In this document: positions 48,183 through 62,324 of the stretch, piece after piece
Position numbering within the stretch: position 1 is the first letter of the stretch
How the letters are laid out: the number at the start of each line of letters is the position of its first letter
From: Gigantopelta aegis
Lineage: Eukaryota
Assembly: GCF_016097555.1 (NCBI RefSeq)
Contig: NC_054701.1
Location: 67,224,366-67,288,365, forward strand
DNA length: 64,000 nucleotides
Reading direction: 5' to 3'
Made by a program: the position numbers and the translations under genes
Notes under the pieces: generated by a model
What the model saw: the letters and a program-made list of their open reading frames with translations, nothing else
Database searches by the model: none
What the model was told of the DNA's origin: nothing

Positions 48183-48382
48183 TCATAAAACAAAACAAAT
48201 TTGTTCAAAGCTTATTGCTGTTTCATTCAATGAAGCAGACACTCGTGTAGTTTAGATGAGTATTTCAAGTTCCATTTAACAACAGGCCAAGAGATAATGC
48301 ACCCACCATTCACTACAGTGGGTGCTCAAGAGTGCTAGTAAAACAAGAACTGTCTTTAACTTATAAAATTAATAATCTTTCG

Positions 48383-48700
48383 GGTGTGAGACATAGCCCA
48401 GTGGTAAAGCACTCGCTTGATGCGCGGTCGGTCTAGGATTGATCCCCGTCGGTGGACCCATTGGGCTATTTCTCGCTCCAGCCAGTGCACCACGACTGGT
48501 ATATCAAAGGCTTGGTATGTGTTATCCTGTCTGTGGGATGGTGCATATGAAAGATCCCTTGCTGCTAAACGAAAAGAGTAGTCCATGAAGTGAAGATAGC
48601 GGGTTTCATATCTCAATATCTGTGTGGTCCTTAACCATATGTCTGATGCCATATAACCGTAAATAAAATAATGTGTTGAGTGTTGTTAAATAATAAAAAA
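48383..48700 (+). repeat. tRNA-derived SINE, family A, full length
   Basis: Head gagacatagcccagtggtaaagcactcgcttgatgcgcggtcggtctaggattgatcccc. Confidence 0.75.
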
Positions 48701-49169
48701 AATCTTTCAAAATATATTGAGAAATAAAACAGAACAAAGCCTTTTAATTTCAACAAAAATTTAATATTTATGTACATGTTAATACATGTTATATAAACAT
48801 TGACAAAAAAATACAGTTGTTAAACTATGTACAGCACCTGGCGTACTAAGAAACCTAAACGATGTAAAACTGTATTCACATAATTAAAGAAACAACATAA
48901 GTACATGTACCAATACGTATACACCATAAGGCTACATGTATGTAGAGAAGTGTACATGAGAAACCAATAAGATACCATTTTTCTCTTATGGTGATGTTTC
49001 AAAACATCCGCGGTGTAAAGTTCAGTGGACGGTTTGAATATGACATATAGGTCATTACCATGGAGCAATCAATCAGATATGATTTGGCCATGTGATATAA
49101 AATACTTTTTAAAGGTCTCTGTTTGTTTCAAACAAAAATGTAAAGATTAGAAAATGCAACATTATTTTC

Positions 49170-49420
49170 TCTCTGACCGACTCGGTCTACAGGTTGGTAG
49201 GTACTGGGTTCGGTTCCCAGTTGAGGCATGAGATTTTTAATCCCTATACCGACTCCAAACCCTGAGTGAATGCTCTGCAAGGCTCAATGGATAGGTGTCA
49301 ACCACTTGCACCGACCTGTGATCCACAACTGGTTCAACAAAGGCCATGGTTTGTGCTATCCTGCCTGTGAGAAGCGCAAATAAAAGATCCCTTGCTGCCT
49401 GTCTTAAAAGAGTAGCCTAT
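49170..49420 (+). repeat. SINE, family B, 3'-truncated, followed by (G)25
   Basis: cggtctacaggttggtaggtactgggttcggttcccagttgagg..ctgtgagaagcgcaaataaaagatcccttgctgc. Confidence 0.65.
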
Positions 49421-49512
49421 GTGGCAACAGGGGGGGGGGGGGGGGGGGTTCCTAAAAAAAAAACAGTGTCAGAATGACCATGTTTGACGTCCAATAGCCA
49501 ATGATAAGATAA

Positions 49513-49642
<130 letters not shown>

Positions 49643-51997
49643 TCATAAATGACAATAATTAAATTTCTATTCTGTCATAGCAAGAATTACTAGTTTGAGA
49701 CAAAAATGACAAAATGCAAGAAATAAATTAAATATTCACATAAAATTCCACTTTTAAATTAAACCTAAGAAATATAGACTTCACATGACATGTACATGTA
49801 TAAGACGTATATTCTATAATGAAGTACGTACTTTTTAAAACTAATTTTTTTAACATACTGACGGACGTAATACACATGTAGGTTATTCATAAACATCAAA
49901 TTACAAGCACCTTTTGGAATCAAAGCTGCCCGGTCAATACATGATTTTTGAAAATATATGCCATTGGTTATTAAAAAACAATTCTGATAGTTTTCTGAAC
50001 ACAATGGAATCAATATGTGTAAACAGGCACATGTGCAGGAATTTTAGCTGGGGAGTCTAGACTGGCGAGTGAACTTTATGGGGGGGGGGAGAGGGTGTCG
50101 AGTCATGCTCACCTGGAAAATATATGGGGGGGGGGGGGGGGGGATTTGCTTGAAAAGAGGTGTGTTTCGAGCCCCAAAACACACGTGCCTGGTAAATTTA
50201 CTGATAATGTAAAAATTTAGCAGCACAAATTACAGTGCAATAACAATATATATAGAAAACAATACTTCTGAATAGCAACTATATAATATTGTATATATCT
50301 ATGAATGTTTTTTGTTTTCAATATAAAAATAACATCCTGAATATATTATAATGACTGCATACACCGAAATAAAATGCACAAGGGGATCTGATTAAATCAA
50401 AATGCATCACTGTTAACACTTGGTTTAAATACTGAACATCCAGTCAGTGGGCTAGAGTGATTATTAAAAATACCATACTAAATACATTGAGAAATAGAAA
50501 GTTATCCAAGAATTTGATTAACCAAATTGGAAAAACCTCTGAATCTGGGTCATCCTTTAAAAAATAAATAATTAAATGTTATTCGTAACCTTGATCAATG
50601 TTTATTTAAAAACAAAACAAAAGAGCTCCCCCCACCACAAAAAACAACAACAACAAAAAAACGCTGCAGCAAACATGACTAAAAAGAGAAATGACTCAAG
50701 GTAATTATTTTCTTTTTTGCAAGTTTGTCAAGTTACAAAAACAATTGTCATTCATTTTTTTTTTTTTAATTTTAAAATGTTACTTGCACTATATGTACAA
50801 CTGATTTTTAATTCACCATTTTTTTTGTATTATATGATTGTCAAAGTATCAATAGTGACCAAAAAAAAAAAGAAGAAAAAAAACAGAAAAGAAAGAAGTA
50901 GCATATACTATGCAGTTATTATATGTACACGTGCAATCTTGTTTATGATAATGGATTTTATTGTACGAGTTCACATTGCCACTGAATTAACCAGCTTTAT
51001 ATTTTACATAATTATTTGTCATTTCCAAATAAGCAATCCTGTCATACTAAATGTTTGGTAACCAAGAAATCCTGTTATACTAAAACACTTGACAACCAGT
51101 ATAAATACTATCAAATCATCTGATCTGACACTCCAGTGCTTGCCATTAGCTGATACAAAATATACATTTCTCCAAACATAATAATGTGAATATCATAAAT
51201 ATATAAAAAAAAAAAAACTAATAGCATTTATTTATTAAAGACTATTTCAAACAGTGGAAATGAGAATTACAGTTACAATATGATGGGCTGAATATACAGA
51301 CTATATTGACCTTACATGCATGTAACTACATTGTATTTTCAATACTTAATCATTTGCATTTAAGAAAAACAGTCTTCGTAAATCCATCCCGATGTCATTG
51401 GATAGAAAAATAAGTCTGCAAATTGAGCTAGATGCAATATTTGCTGTTTAGATTATGGTGAAAACAGAATCACAGTCTTATCCACTTTTCAATCAATCTG
51501 ACACGAGTGCTCATATACTTCTCTGTAACAACTTAAGGCTTAAAGGCGCATAACCTAGTTTTAAACAGTAAAAAATGGACACTAAGTTTAGTTAATTTAC
51601 AAACCTGTAACTCATTTGGATAAAGTTACAATAGATTGAAAGAAGAGTCTGTATGTTGAAACCCGGAATATCCTTAAAAATAGACTAGAACTCAAATCAA
51701 TAACTCCTACTTCTCAGACGTGCTTGCGTCTTTAAAAATATGAAAAATGCATTTTTTGGTGTTAGAAACACCAGGATGACCAGAAACACTTCGGTTCTAC
51801 AGAAATGGATAATCTAAAGAATAAAACACAAGTAATGTTTGATTTCAGTGATCATAAACGGCTCTAATAGTGAAAATAACCATATGTCCGACGCCATATA
51901 ACCATAAATACAATGTGTTGAGTGCGTCGTTAAATAAAACATTTCTTTCTAATAGTGAAAAATATGCTGTAGTGTTTAAAAACTAGGGTGTCCCTTT

Positions 51998-53815
51998 AAA
52001 TTACATGTTTATTACTTGTTTCTTGTTGGCTAAAGCATTGTACTTGTTTACAATGTGCAAGGTCTGTCAGTAGTGGGTCTGAATCCCTTATATTCAAATT
52101 ACATGTTTATTACTTGTTTCTTGTTGGCTAAAGCATTGTACTTGTTTACAATGTGCAAGGTCTGTCAGTAGTGGGTCTGAATCCCTTATATTCAAATTAC
52201 ATGTTTATTACTTGTTTCTTGTTGGCTAAAGCATTGTACTTGTTTACAATGTGCAAGGTCTGTCAGTAGTGGGTCTGAATCCCTTATATTCAAATTACAT
52301 GTTTATTACTTGTTTCTTGTTGGCTAAAGCATTGTACTTGTTTACAATGTGCAAGGTCTGTCAGTAGTGGGTCTGAATCCCTTATATTCAAATTACATGT
52401 TTATTACTTGTTTCTTGTTGGCTAAAGCATTGTACTTGTTTACAATGTGCAAGGTCTGTCAGTAGTGGGTCTGAATCCCTTATATTCAAATTACATGTTT
52501 ATTACTTGTTTCTTGTTGGCTAAAGCATTGTACTTGTTTACAATGTGCAAGGTCTGTCAGTAGTGGGTCTGAATCCCTTATATTCAAATTACATGTTTAT
52601 TACTTGTTTCTTGTTGGCTAAAGCATTGTACTTGTTTACAATGTGCAAGGTCTGTCAGCAGTGGGTCTGAATCCCTTATATTCAAATTACATGTTTATTA
52701 CTTGTTTCTTGTTGGCTAAAGCATTGTACTTGTTTACAATGTGCAAGGTCTGTCAGCAGTGGGTCTGAATCCCTTATATTCAAATTACATGTTTATTACT
52801 TGTTTCTTGTTGGCTAAAGCATTGTACTTGTTTACAATGTGCAAGGTCTGTCAGTAGTGGGTCTGAATCCCTTATATTCAAATTACATGTTTATTACTTG
52901 TTTCTTGTTGGCTAAAGCATTGTACTTGTTTACAATGTGCAAGGTCTGTCAGTAGTGGGTCTGAATCCCTTATATTCAAATTACATGTTTATTACTTGTT
53001 TCTTGTTGGCTAAAGCATTGTACTTGTTTACAATGTGCAAGGTCTGTCAGTAGTGGGTCTGAATCCCTTATATTCAAATTACATGTTTATTACTTGTTTC
53101 TTGTTGGCTAAAGCATTGTACTTGTTTACAATGTGCAAGGTCTGTCAGTAGTGGGTCTGAATCCCTTATATTCAAATTACATGTTTATTACTTGTTTCTT
53201 GTTGGCTAAAGCATTGTACTTGTTTACAATGTGCAAGGTCTGTCAGTAGTGGGTCTGAATCCCTTATATTCAAATTACATGTTTATTACTTGTTTCTTGT
53301 TGGCTAAAGCATTGTACTTGTTTACAATGTGCAAGGTCTGTCAGTAGTGGGTCTGAATCCCTTATATTCAAATTACATGTTTATTACTTGTTTCTTGTTG
53401 GCTAAAGCATTGTACTTGTTTACAATGTGCAAGGTCTGTCAGTAGTGGGTCTGAATCCCTTATATTCAAATTACATGTTTATTACTTGTTTCTTGTTGGC
53501 TAAAGCATTGTACTTGTTTACAATGTGCAAGGTCTGTCAGTAGTGGGTCTGAATCCCTTATATTCAAATTACATGTTTATTACTTGTTTCTTGTTGGCTA
53601 AAGCATTGTACTTGTTTACAATGTGCAAGGTCTGTCAGTAGTGGGTCTGAATCCCTTATATTCAAATTACATGTTTATTACTCGTTTCTTGTTGTCTAAA
53701 GCATTGTACTTGTTTACAATGTGCAAGGTCTGTCAGTAGTGGGTCTGAATCCCTTATATTCAAATTACATGTTTATTACTTGTTTCTTGTTGGCTAAAGC
53801 ATTGTACTTGTTTCC
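51998..53815. repeat. Satellite array: about 18.5 copies of a 98-bp unit, highly homogeneous
   Basis: Unit ttcaaattacatgtttattacttgtttcttgttggctaaagcattgtacttgtttacaatgtgcaaggtctgtcagtagtgggtctgaatcccttata. Only a few variants, such as cagcagtggg, occur. Confidence 0.95.
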
Positions 53816-55659
53816 CTTATCTGAATGCACAAAAAGTTCAAATAGCATTGTTTGTAGATCTTTGACAAATAATCTACACCTACAGCAAAAACAATGTTCG
53901 ACAAATGTTTGATAAAGTCACTAGCCCTCACGGAAGCTTTGGCTAGTGCCCTACACATGCATTATAGTAATACAGTTGATAATTTCCACTAGTCCAGACC
54001 AAAACTTCACTAGCTGGGACCAAAGGCTAGTGGATCTGTTGAATAGTGTGACTGATATCACAAATATGGATTAATTGCTCAAAAGAACACAGCAGAACCA
54101 ACATGCAGCTGTGAACTAAACCCATAAACTGGGTTCGATCTCACGTCCATCTAGAAAATTCTTACAAATTAGTTCAGTAATTATAACAAATATAAAATGT
54201 CACACAGTGAACCAAGTGAGACAAAAATAAAGTATAAACTCTATTTATATAATGAACACAGCATAACAAAAACATCACAAACAAAGCAATCATTACATTT
54301 ATGAATTATACGTTATATCGGGCCATGTTAAAGAAACAACAGTTAAAACTTTACTATAACTCATCTTAGTAGTGTGGTGTTGAACAGGTACTTCATTATT
54401 ATTATATTAACCTCTATTACGAGGCATTCACATTTATCATTTCACCAGTTTACAAAGAGTACTTTCTCCATTCTCCATTCCTTCAAAAAGAAGAAGAAGA
54501 AAAAGAAAAGAAAAAGAGTCCATATATATATATATATAGAACTACATGTACATGCCAGTTGTTGTCTCATGTTGTTTATTCCAGAGTTAATAGAGCGCAA
54601 GAAAATTACACCACGAGACTAAATAGCAGGCAAATGGTATAAAACATTGTGCACTATAAACTAGTTCAATAAATGGCATAGAAAAATAACTGGTATATAT
54701 ACATGTATTTCTGTATTTATGACATACCACATTTGTATATTAGAATTATAGAAGTTAGTTAATCAATGAAAGGGTCACATGATTTCTGGCTATATATTAC
54801 ATCCTGGTGATTTTTGATAATCTGCATGAAATAAATACCTGCTCTCCCCCCCCCCCCCCCCCCCCAAAAAAAATACACCCCCAGTGAGCCCAGGACAACA
54901 GGTTTGAACCTTATTTGGATAAATGCACTGCAATAAAATTATACATAGAGGATAATAAACAAATTACCATTTATTATCAAATTTATGTCCTGAGTGAAAT
55001 AATTTTAATTTGTCAATTAGTAGTTGGTGTGATTTTAAAATTGTGTAACCAACACACTATTAAACAGAACAAATATTTGCATGAAAAATGTTGTAGCTTG
55101 TATTGTATAATATGTAATTAATTTTCAGTCTAATACAATTAATCAGTGGGCATGAATATCTGAATGTAATGCTAAAGTAAAACTTTACTGATGAAATTGA
55201 AATTAAATCTTAGCTACCACTATGTACACACAACTTTTCAAAAGATCTATATATAAACTGAAAACGTAACTTTGATTATCACAGGAATTGAACAGTTAGT
55301 ATTGTAATCTACACACAACTCAAAAGCTAGTCTGATATTGAAGAGTGATTGTGTAGATGTACATAAATGAATGAACTGATGAGCTGCGAGAAGTTACAGA
55401 AATTATTTGTCCCATATGCAGTAATGTTGCAAACCCAAGCCTTTGGCAAGTTTTACACTTAATATTCTAAATATGAAAACCTACACATAAATGAAAACCT
55501 GACCTGATCCCAGGAAAATGTTTGTAAAATACTCAGTGGCATAGCGGGTGGGGGGAGGGGGACGCATTTTTTTTTTACTGTATTAAATTTTATAAAATCA
55601 TACATACATAGTGTGGGTTCGCCCCCACAATGGTGGGTTGCCCCACCCAATATACTAAG

Positions 55660-55768
55660 GGCCACATTTACAAATCCTGTTTTTGCCTTGTTCATGTGTA
55701 ACCATAAACATTTTACAATGCTTAAACACCTGCATTTTAACAAAAACAGGCTTCGTAAATTCAGCCCT
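55660..55768. mobile_element. MITE-like element of about 110 bp with approximately 19-bp terminal inverted repeats
   Basis: Left cacatttacaaatcctgttttt at 55663-84. Right aaaaacaggcttcgtaaattc at 55743-63, whose reverse complement is gaatttacgaagcctgttttt. Confidence 0.5.
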
Positions 55769-56071
55769 AAAATATACTGGACAAAAAAAAGAAAAAAAGA
55801 AAGAAAAAAAAGAAAAAAAGTGTGACAGAAGACTAATACTAACAGTTTGGTGTATATATACAAAACTCAACAAAAAACACAACTGATTAAAAAGTGTTAA
55901 TACTTCACAGGGATTCCATCAAATGCCCAAACAACTCATATGACTGGAATGTACGCGCTGCACACTCTTCACACTTTCTACAAGCTTGTGGGACATTAAA
56001 TAAGCAGGACTTGCTTTGGGTGATCAGTAAAATTTGCCAAATTATCTCACAAATGCAAAACATATAGGGTC

Positions 56072-56330
56072 AAATTTACAAAGCCTGTTTACATCTGACA
56101 CACGTGTAACTACCAGTGGTGTAGCGGGGGTAGGTGGGGGCATGGGGTCCATGCTCCCCACAATCAAACTTTTCTGTTTGTTTTTAATGAATTACATTTT
56201 ATAAAATCATACACACATAGTGTGGGTTGTCCCCCCAATCAATATAAAATACTGGCTACGCCAGTGGTAAATGCATACATCAAATATGTTTAAACACCTG
56301 CATTTAAGAAAAACAGGCTTCGTAAATTTG
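56072..56330. mobile_element. MITE-like element of about 260 bp with the same terminal inverted repeats. It encloses a copy of the ccagtggtgtagcggg.. repeat
   Basis: Left caaatttacaaagcctgttt at 56071-90. Right aaacaggcttcgtaaatttg at 56311-30. The internal block matches 55535-55660 and 32965-33110. Confidence 0.5.
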
Positions 56331-56574
56331 GCCCCTAGGTATTTTTCAACAAAATATCAATTATTACACACATTATTTTGCCAAATAAAAATAAAATTTC
56401 GCCAAATTAAAATAAAATTTCGCCAACTGTTCTCAAAATTTTGCAATTGGCAAATTTGGGGTGTGTCAGAGCTAGCCGTGAACAAGCTTCTATCTGGTGA
56501 TAGCAGTTAAAATATGTCAAAATGATAGTCTGGGAATATGCTGCTATTTCAAAGGTCTGCTATTCCAAACCTTA

Positions 56575-56820
56575 GTCCAACCGAGTCGTGGTTACGCCAT
56601 TGGACTACAGGTTGGTAGGAACAGGGTTCGCAGCCCGTACTGGCTCCAACCCAGAGCGTGTTCTTAAGAGCTCAGTGGGTAGGTGTAAGGCCACTACACC
56701 CTCTTCTTTCTCACTAACCATCTAACAGCTAACCTACTGTCCTGGACAGACAGCCCAGATAGCTGATGTGTATAAGCATGGAAAATAAGTTGAAATAAAA
56801 TGACTCAGTAAGCTACAACA
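56575..56820 (+). repeat. tRNA-derived SINE, family C
   Basis: ggttacgccattggactacaggttggtaggaacagggttcgcagcccgtactggctcc..agcccagatagctgatgtgtataagcatggaaaataagttgaaataaaatga. Confidence 0.6.
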
Positions 56821-57797
56821 TAAGTAATGGTATGTTATTTTATGGCAACTGTCCAATTACTGCTTTTGTTTAAAAGCCTACGAGACAGAGACTCAGAGGG
56901 TAAAAGGGGGGTGGGGGTGGGGGGGGGGGTGGGGGCCCACAACTGCCCACCCACCTCAAGTCCTAGAGCAAGTTTTTGAAATAAATGCAAAAATTGTGGC
57001 TTACATTCGAGCAAAATGTGCTGGCCTGAAACCTTTTCACCACATATTTCCATCATTCTAATTACAATAGTTGTCATCGATGTAAAAGTACCTAATGATT
57101 TGTTTGGAACCATATCTTTAGCTGTTTGGCAGTAGTGCTAATATAAAAATCAGAATAAATGTTATTTAGATGCAGGAATTTTTGTTTAATTCGGCCAAAA
57201 ATCAGTCTGGCCTCCTATGAAAATTAGAGCCCGTATGGCTATACTGGAGAAAACTTGAGTGTTTTCTCTTTTATAGATACATTACCTGTCCTCAAAATTC
57301 ATCCCGCCCGGGCCTCCCCGCTTCCTGTTCTCCGTGCGATGCACTCAGGGAAAAAGAAGGAAGTTACAGTCATGTGACCGGAACTAGAGAGCAGTATGCA
57401 GTAGAAGAATTTAGGCCATCCCATTGGCTGTTGGGATGTTCGGACCAGACCACTTGCGTGGGGGGGAGGTGCACTTGTTTGAGGACAGGTAATGTATCTA
57501 TAAAAGAGAAAACACTCAAGTTTTCTCCATTTCTATAGACATTACCTGTCCTCAAACAAGTGCAGCATTCAACAGATGGTGGTGGGTGCCGAGATCCGTA
57601 GATGCTTGTGATAACTCCCCAACCGGAAAGAGGCTGACTAGTGGAAGAATAAGGCCAACCTTGGTAAGCCCTCATCCTAGGGATGCCCGTCACAGACCAA
57701 TGCAGGTGATGTTAGTAACAACAACCAGAATGGTGGCATCCGTCAGCAGTGGCAGGTACGGCTCCCAGAACAAGGACCAGGAGGCGGCTGCCACATC

Positions 57798-58624
57798 TCA
57801 TGCTGGTTCTGACAGGTGGGAAGTCGTAGCCACCAGGGATGCAGGTGTTAGGTAACCCTCACGTATTGAAGTGTTATTCAACAGAGTCTGTGCAGCAACA
57901 ACTGGACCCAGATGATGGAACCCCTCAACGTCTTCTGTGGAGACATCCCTCAGATAATAGTTGGCGAAGATGGAGTCCGTATCCCAGAAACAACCAGTGA
58001 TAATGTGCTGAATGGATGTGTTGCAGTGCAGGGACATCGTGGCAGCCAAGGCACGGAGTTCATGCGGATTAGAAGCAGACGGAGCAGGTAAACCCTCCTT
58101 CTGATAGGCGGTCAGGATAGAAGACCGGATCCAGGTGGCCACCGTGTTCTTGGTAAGGTCCCTCAACCGACTCTGGTTACAGGAAAGGAAAAGTCTTTTG
58201 CGATGTTGTCGAAAAGATCTGGTCCTCTCGATGTACTGGTGCAGGGCTCTGACAGGGCACAACGCCAAGTCCTCAACGTCCGCCGGACCAACGATAGAGG
58301 AGAGGGCCTGCACAACATACGAACGAGGCGCTTGGTCTGGTAAACTGATTCTTTGCAACAAAGTTCATGAGTAACCCCCAAGTTGACTGCACGCCGATCT
58401 TGGTGAAAACGTACCAAGTCTACATCAAGAGCATGGAGTTCTGAGACACGGGCAGCCGTGGCAAAACCGAGTAAAAACACCGTCTTCCGCATCAAGTCTT
58501 GCAGGGAAGAGGATTCGATCGGCTCATAAGGTGCGGTCGATAACGCTCGTAACACCAGATTCAGGTCCCATCTTGGTGGCCGAAACCGGTGTACTTGATC
58601 ATCAAGGCGAAACCCTTTGATCAT
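57798..58624 (-). pseudogene. Tyrosine recombinase of DIRS type. It is split over two overlapping frames, so it carries a frameshift
   Basis: ORF 58163-58624: ..WDLNLVLRAL..FLLGFATAARVSELHAL... ORF 57798-58361: ..LCPVRALHQYIERT..HELRALAATMS..CFWDTDSIFANYYLRD. These give the R, H-x-x-R and tyrosine motif pattern. Confidence 0.65.
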
Positions 58625-58720
58625 CTTATGGATCTCAGGAATACCCGATAACTTCGTTCCAGTAGCGACATCACGAACAGTAGCGATGACCGAAAACGTA
58701 CCCAGCGATGGTAGACCCCT

Positions 58721-59687
58721 TTAATCGTAAAGTGGTCCGCAGATACAGCCAAAAAACCCAGCAAGACGAAGTATCTGGATCGTCTGAGGTTTGAGGTTTT
58801 GCCGGACACACCCTCGGTGAAAGCAAAGCCATCTGACGTTGTAAGCCACAGTAGTAGATGATCTGTGCGCTTTCAAAATGGCCGCCGTAGACTGTGAAGA
58901 AAAACCTTTCTTTCTCAAACTCTTGGCGATAAAGTCCACGCGTGCAGTTGGAACAACTGCGGACGTGGATGGTATAGTCTTGACGTGGGATGCAGCAACA
59001 GATGATCCCAGTCTGGCAGCGGTAAAGGATGTGGATCGACAAGACGTATTAGATCTGGATACCACATCCTGGATGGCCACATTGGAGCAATGAGTAACAG
59101 GCAACAATGGTACAGCTGAAACCTCTGAAGCACCCTTGGAAGGAGGATTCGTGGAGGAAAAGCGTACGCTTCGGGATCCAGCACCGGAGACACGTAAACC
59201 CTCAGCTGATGGTTGAATCGTGTGGCGAAGAGATCGATGTTTGGTGTCCAAAGTCTGTCGCACACCCATCGAAACGCTTCGGGATGGAGCATCCATTCCG
59301 TCGGCTGTGGAGACGACGGCCGAGACAGTGTGTCGACTAGTACATTGGAAACCCCTGGAATATGGCGAGCCCGAAGTTGCAACGGAATCTCGTCAACCAG
59401 CTTGTAGAGACGATAAGTCAACTGCAGCAGACTGCTGGAGTGGGTTCCGCCCTGACGGTTGATATAAGCCACCGCGGTAGTACTGTCTGTGGCTACCATG
59501 AGAGAGGCGCCTGACAGCATCTCTCGCCAATGAAAGATGACGTAACTGACAACATCTCCAACAGGTTGATGTGTAGATCGGCTTCATCTGGAAACCACAG
59601 CCACCAACAGGGACTGGACTGCAAGGCGACTGGTAACCGGATCAGCAAATCTGCGTTATTGTACTGAATGCATGGATTCAGAAACAA
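58721..59687 (-). pseudogene. DIRS RNase H-like domain (..ATDSTTAVAYINRQGGTHS..ARHIPGVSNVLVDTLSR..NIDLFAT..) plus a degraded reverse transcriptase tail (..YNNADLLIRLP..)
   Basis: Minus ORFs 58915-59520, 58721-59296 and 59493-59687. The frames overlap, which implies frameshifts. Confidence 0.55.
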
Positions 59688-62324
59688 ACTGGATACCGCG
59701 ACCTCTAAGCATAAAATGTTGCGCCGACGTCAAAATTACTCTTGCAATGATACTTCATGAAACAGTAAGAGAGTGATTCAGGAATCAAGACATCGGAAAC
59801 AGCGACCCCGTGATACAGGCAAGAGCCAAGACAGCGTAGCAACTCGCTACGCTACATGCCCGATATACCTGGAAGTGAAGCAACGCAAAACAGCAACCGG
59901 CTAAAATCCACGGCCGTCACACCACCCGGTGCGAAAACAGCAGCAGAGACCATCTAGACAGCATCGGTCACGAACTCTGGCGGTAACAACAGTAAACGTC
60001 AGTGAGTTGATAAGCCGCAATGAACCATAGGAAAACGGTGACGGTAAAAACCCCCGTACCACGTGATGGCAACTGGATAACTTCCGGAACCAGCGGAAGT
60101 AGCGACTGTCTTGCATCGCCACCGGATATAGAGAACGATCTGCCGAATGTCGCTGAACCTTCCTCGAACAAGAGAATATCGGTGCACGGGATCTCAACAC
60201 AAGTGACCGGACCAGTAGACTTTCTTCGTCACCAACCCGGAACGCTTGTAACGTCGACCCCTTCACGGCAAAGAGCCGTATGTAGACCACAGGTCTGCCA
60301 AGATTACCGGCTTGTGCTGAAAGTCAAGAATGGATCGCTTCAGGCAAGTCGGTTGACGATAGTGTGCAATCGTAGTGCACATCGACGTCACGGAAGATAT
60401 AAGGTAGACCAACATCAAAGTCGACGGCTAGAACAAGGCATATCCTCTGGCATCCTGCACATGAGGAGTTATGGTCGCCATGTACAACATGTACGCTGAA
60501 CTGAAGCCATCGACAGGACGTGCCAATCTGTAAGTTCTAGGAAGACGTCTGGTCCCGCCGGAAACAGCGTCATCCAAGGCCGGCGTCACACCGTTGAAGG
60601 ATAGGTTAAAGACGGGATACGTTCGTTGTGACGAATGGGGAACGGCACAAACGAAGTCGAAGTCTACTCAAGTAAACCGACATCGGATCAGTCCTCAAAC
60701 GGAAACCTTCTAGAATGGTGCGAGTGGACTGTGAAGTGACGAAAGCATATACACCGCAGCGAGACAAACAGTCACAGCCATGTGGGTCACTGCGTCCGGA
60801 TCTTCTATAACGGAAGGTGCCGACGCATCATCTGGAAAATCGGTCAGTAACCTGGCACAGGCACTTCGATCCAATGTACTGGCTGCATCGGAAACACGGA
60901 CCGTGGACGGTCCCGTCAGGAGCCGGTGTAACCCTGAACGCCGAATCAGCTGCCGACTGGTGTGGACGGTACGATGTACACGGACCGGCAGGAGCCGGTG
61001 GAACCCTGGACACTGCACCACTTCGATCGATCACGGGACGACGGTACCGAACGGTGAGCCGATGACGCAATTTTCCAATTCGTTACAGGGCTCCGTCTGC
61101 TTGCTGGAACAACGATACGCACGGGCCAGTTACTGGTAGCCGTGTAAACCGACGGGGGCCTGTGGCAGCCAACGATCGAATGCCGATATCTGCCGGTGGA
61201 ACCTCCGTGGCGATCATCGAACCCGGACCCTTCTTGGCTGAAACCGGTGGATGGGCCAGCGGCGGTAGCATATCAGATATGACAGCCAGACAATCCCTCA
61301 GTGACAAGTGGTCCGCCGCATCCAGATCTTCCAGCACCGCATGAACCGATACATCAGAAAGTCACGTAGCACCCGTGAACAGGCCAGTCGCTCTGGTCAT
61401 GGCCCGATGGAGATACCGGAGAACCGGACCGTGGGCGGTCCCGTGTGGATACCAAGGAACGGATGACCACATCGTCGTTGGATGTGGCAAGGACGGCAAC
61501 ATGTCGTAGACAGCCGCCAAGCAATCCCTCATAGTCATATGGTCCGTAGAGTCGGGCTCTTCAATGACAGATGCCGCAGGCGCTTCATCACCAAAGTCTC
61601 GTAGAACTCGAGCACAGGCCAATCGATGTACCGTAATGGAAGCCGCTGGTTAAACCGGACCGTAGATGGTCCCGTCTAGCCCTCGGAGGCCTTGGAAGCC
61701 ACATCAACTGAAGGTTGGCGCTGACGATCTGTGGAACCCGTAGGGAGCCATACAGGTCATGTGGAACGGCTACGGTCCCGGCTCCGATGCGCCGAAGGGG
61801 ACTTCCCCGCCGAAGATCGGTGAGCCTTGGAATCCGTGGAGCGTCTATCTGAATGAGCCGGCTTCTTAGAGGGCTGCGTAGAGACCGCAGGCCTGTCATC
61901 CGAAGTCTTAAGTAACGGTGGAGCTGAAGAAGCCGCACCCCCTGAAGAGGGGACTGGAACCGGACCTGACCCCGAACTCGCCGATTTAGGTAAGGTCGCC
62001 ATTGACGCCATTGTTTCTTCCAGCATGGTCGGTAGAATTGAACGTAACTCTTCCGCCCACGGAGTCAGCAATCGAAGGCGAAGATTCCACCTTCTTGGTC
62101 CTCGAAGATTCCACCTTCTTGGTCCTCGCTGACACCACCTTCAGGTAAGCCGCGAACTCGACATCAGACAAGCCCGCACAAAGGTCGCATCTAGAAGTGA
62201 GGCCACACGAACACGACAACCTGGGTTGCCGCCGGCTAACTTCTTGCAGCGTAACACGCTCGAACTAGTCGCCTGAACATTATCAGATATGATAATAGTA
62301 ATTTTTCAATCTGTGAAAAGAAAG

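Noticed and set aside
51998-53815. Regular 98-bp periodicity superficially resembling a CRISPR array
   Set aside because: The units are contiguous with no unique spacers, the context is eukaryotic, and there are no cas genes. It is a satellite.
60020-60499. 159-aa + strand ORF inside the DIRS-like element
   Set aside because: It lies opposite the element's coding strand in a GC-richer region and shows no recognisable motifs.
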